Origin: an uncultured archaeon
GTDB taxonomy: Archaea > Altiarchaeota > Altiarchaeia > IMC4 > SCGC-AAA252-I15
DNA length: 19,020 nucleotides
Reading direction: 5' to 3'
Assembly: GCA_902384455.1 (NCBI GenBank)
Contig: CABMCB010000002.1
Coordinates: 1 to 19,020, forward strand
The stretch's first letter is position 1; every line of letters starts with the position of its first letter. A program made the position numbers and the translations under genes. The notes under the pieces were generated by a model. The model saw nothing but the letters and a program-made list of their open reading frames with translations, was not told where the DNA came from and did not search any database. This document shows positions 18,801 through 19,020 of this stretch, one piece after another.

Positions 18801-19020
18801 CCAGACGGCACAATACTGCTAACCCTAACAGCAATCGACCTAGCAGGAAACACACGCTCAACATCCCACACGCTCATCAACGACAACACGCCTCCAAACA
18901 TAACAGTACACACAACATTCCCCCCCACCCTCGCAACCCCAACAACAATAAACTACTCCGCCTACGACACCCACCTACGCAACACGACAGTCCACGCCAA
19001 CGAAACACTACTACACACAA
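9825..19020 (+). CDS. Giant secreted multi-domain cell-surface glycoprotein/adhesin (>=3065 aa, 3' truncated by the window)
   Basis: Hand translation from ATG 9825 gives MGFALGWLGKCSVLILIVVFLSLSANVSS (signal peptide) and a coherent protein wherever read. The ORF track lists nothing in this frame, as expected for an ORF with no stop in the window. N-x-S/T sequons are very frequent. Confidence 0.93.
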   Translation, partial: MGFALGWLGKCSVLILIVVFLSLSANVSSDNTAFGDPPPQVVGGYIVNESYVRVVFDASLNQTTAENSSLYVFFPPLTVSSAALFSDNLTVQIKTATVSPLSLNVLYNLSITGVCDQFGNIIPSSGSAVNNTIQYIIIAGRDYVDDTYVVDSSPDANNVGHTLLYVSYPVSTEYVLVKFSLQGINQTAVFDSSIRLKPYYKTGVGNLSAYEINESWIPSQATWSNSSSTTLWTTRFGEKPEYTYNLSTLDWASWNITNLTKNWLERHNVNNGVAIYSNETSITVSFNSTEATDGNYSPRLFLAGILDYYGAPQIVGGNIVNESHVRLIFDKTLNKTSAETPHNYQFTPTISVTAAILQSDNKTVQLIVSNLSRNILYNLTVVNVSSQYDYAITDDGSAVNNTIQYLILSGPNYVKDTWIEYLHSDTNFHSNLSIYEGYWNRPLFLINVSSVISGSLLDAQFNAYAGYVSMPSYNASVHQILQQWTPEEVTWNNASRTQLWTVSGGNYSHTVEDNQSLDGVGWRSWNITRLTREWFNGSENYGFLIEDPATVEVHLNSTESSEETQPRLYLTLASGTFETDTTPPKISGGRIKNETSVLVVFDEDLNRTTAETTGYYLLSPGTYPTNATLLSDNRTVQLQFNQTLQTGTIHTLTALYITDENGNRIGPNSTRNTIQYLMLSNATYLPDTYIHQMDSNRNFYSVENLSIGISGGMYLQRALILPDLSQFNASELFDARMRLYKINYTSGENTTLHRLLLNWTPTEVTWKNRSTTEKWPVDGGNYSETPEDTIPLDYSGWYEWNITNLTSAWLDSPPAERYGVLFHNTSQNIAFESAESTNGHKPQYLLTFRQGTFGGTAPQIVGGSIVNETCVRVVFSEPMDVATTQNKTFYTFSPTWTIDGISLLSDNLTAQLTLGTWIAENSVYNLTVVNVTSQAGQSIPSDGSAENNTISYIKISSANMPDTYIDEFTPDENFELIDVLMTGELSSLHRSLLLPNLSLVNASKLFDSHLLLMSTSAIGTYDSVAAHAILEDWVPTEVTWNNATITRSWTSGGNYNSTAEDYQYTNATLTVYSWNLTNLVADWISGNRTNNGILLKRVTETANYYTDFYTAHDTTYPPKLYIAYRRVDVLGGSVATNSPPEIHNPTIIPVNPKKGDSLSCRWNATDADISDTLTANVTWWNNATGILAHNLLYDASDIPCAIGAICETTVNVSSDDLSLARGILWLCNVTVSDSNGGYANGTYSVVIANSQPNITNATIQPAVPLTNDTLTCANESVYDADGDSVSFTYRWFENGSLISGQTSDTLAASYTSHFSNFTCEITASDGISVGGPVNASVTVSDAPSSVTSVSVSPSSPYTDDNLSCVVSGSSDLDGDTVSYYYRWFENGTLLAGQTSANLSALVTGHFAYYLCEVTPSDGYLNGTSVNSSSVVILNSPPNLSSASLQPSAPLTNDTLTCVNGSVYDSDGDAVIFYYRWFENGSLISGQTSFSLSASYTSHFSNYTCEITPSDSYANGTAVNSTSETILNAAPSVTSASVEPVSPLTNQSLICVNGTVNDIDQDPVTFYYIWYENGTAIVGQTSSTLDSSLTDHYSNYSCAVTPTDTYANGTGSQSSPATIQNTPPQLSSASLQPSAPLTNDTLTCVNGSASDLDSDEISYSYRWFENGSIMSGQTSQTLLESDTSHFSDYACEMTPSDGFENGTPVNSSTVTLLNSPPTVTSAAVTPDPAYTLDNLTCTASGVLDLDADSVSLSYKWFENGFVLSGETSNVLPASKTYRENSYACEITPSDGYVSGDAVNSSDVNVLNTAPNVTSLSITPSAPLTNDTLTCVNGSVFDADDDVFSLSYQWFENGLLISGQNFASLSDFFTSHFGNYTCEITPSDGVTIGDSVNASVTVLDAPPSLTSASISPLSPYTDDNISCSPTDETDLDGDTVSYYYRWFENGTLLAGETSAILSSSITEYSANYLCEVTPTDGYLNGTSVNSPSVVILNSPPTASAPSIQPSTPLSNDTLSCVNGSAFDADGDAITFYYRWFENSNLISGETSSSLDASYTSHFGNYTCEITPSDPYTNGTPVNSTTTEVANSKPTLLNATITPTLPYATNNLTCQNGSASDIDADTITYNYTWYANDTPITGQTTKTLPTTYLTHYSNYSCSITPSDGYDTGTPINSSTVTIQNTPPTILSAHINPSSPIDSDNLTCENGTITDADSDTITLQYQWYKNGTITSDNTSILPDTTTSNGDQWYCLIIPHDGSDAGTGTASQTVTIGSGNTAPNITAANATPNTPPDSNTEFNVYWTDDQNDPTILLICNSSVVTTSTSPPFTCQEQSWCTNTTFTTTSPTSCFRTASTTDPVGPIDYFAFICDNLACSSSTQGTFSVNHPPTCTPPLILPSNPRKDDNITCTPQGYNDPDGDSASTTQIQWQINSTTAGNETNLPQNLTHKDDIITCITTPTDEHGLAGAQCSSNTTIANMPPVLASSNVLPVLPQTTDNLTCINGSVYDADGETVTFDYRWFENGTEIANETSPTLPPSLTSHYNTYTCELTPTDGYDAGAPRNASVTIQNTPPQFNPAPSDQTILEDAPYAYDANATDADNDALTYALNEAPANLTINPTTGLISWTPKQADVGVHYVNVSVTDAAATTYAAFNLTVQNVNDPPTLTPISNITVNENQAAQIWLNASDEDGDPITYLVNDSGFAYDLNSSGYFQWNTTYDDSGVYSLLFTVEDPFNATASQQTTITVLNVNRPPHAQVLFPNGGETISGIQIVTWTAGDPDADNLTYDVFLLSGSDSENKTGLLSIDHIAAGLTGTTFQWNTTPYDGTGYRIEVDAYDGNFTAYDTSDNNFTVHQLAPSIVLHTSPYSHITPAATLNFTVTDHYLDSVWYKIDAGPNQTLSAPWDINASWADGNHTLDVWANDSAQNTAHSTYLITIDGTPPAVAIYAPSNGSYVKANTVISCTASDENLANATLHANSSVIYSWTTQGNITHPLGTYPDGTILLTLTAIDLAGNTRSTSHTLINDNTPPNITVHTTFPPTLATPTTINYSAYDTHLRNTTVHANETLLHT
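9936..13200 (+). repeat. Four tandem ~273-aa modules: Ig-like (SbsA/Big_5-like) domain + DNRLRE (CBM96/disaggregatase-related-like) domain
   Basis: P(Q/K)(V/I).GG.I.NE..V..(V/I)F recurs at 9939, 10758, 11574 and 12396 (periods 819, 816, 822 nt). Each is followed by DT(Y/W)(I/V)...N, W.P..(V/A)TW.N.....W, W.IT.L...W, P.L. Confidence 0.85.
13569..16634 (+). repeat. Eleven tandem 92-93-aa Cys-Trp-Cys Ig-like repeats (diverged copies at 13233-13568, 16962-17237, 17238-17513)
   Basis: The Trp codon of the W(F/Y)ENG-like motif recurs at 13695, 13971, 14250, 14529, 14808, 15087, 15366, 15642, 15921, 16200 and 16479 (spacing 276/279 nt). Consensus N.PP......P..P.T.D.L.C......D.DGD...Y.WF.NG......L......Y.CE.TP.DG...G. 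Confidence 0.92.
17514..18056 (+). other. Two cadherin-like / He_PIG-type Ig domains within the giant protein
   Basis: NTPPQF...ED..Y.YD.NATDADND.LTY.L..AP..LTINP.TGLISWTP...DVG and VNDPP.L..I.NITVNE......A.DEDGDPITY. Confidence 0.75.

Overview
Archaeal genomic window. It opens with the 3' end of a 23S rRNA gene (no 5S follows) and an RNase P RNA gene that folds like the reduced 'type M' class. Next are an aspartate kinase interrupted by one in-frame TAG, a COG1395-type HTH regulator, and an Hsp20 and a thermosome subunit whose promoters are nearly identical. A SAM methyltransferase, a GT2 glycosyltransferase and an A24 prepilin peptidase follow, then two minus-strand genes (PPC/DUF296 and DUF373 with a PRC-barrel-like tail). 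The right half is one ORF missing from the ORF track (9825 to beyond 19020, at least 3065 codons). It encodes a giant secreted multi-domain surface protein: 4x [Ig-like + DNRLRE] modules, about 14 Cys-Trp-Cys Ig-like repeats, a 6-Cys domain, cadherin-like and further Ig-like domains. Across the window the + strand alternates between G+T-rich and A+C-rich patches. The patches ignore gene orientation and can switch abruptly inside a gene. Family assignments come from motif recognition; no database searches were run.
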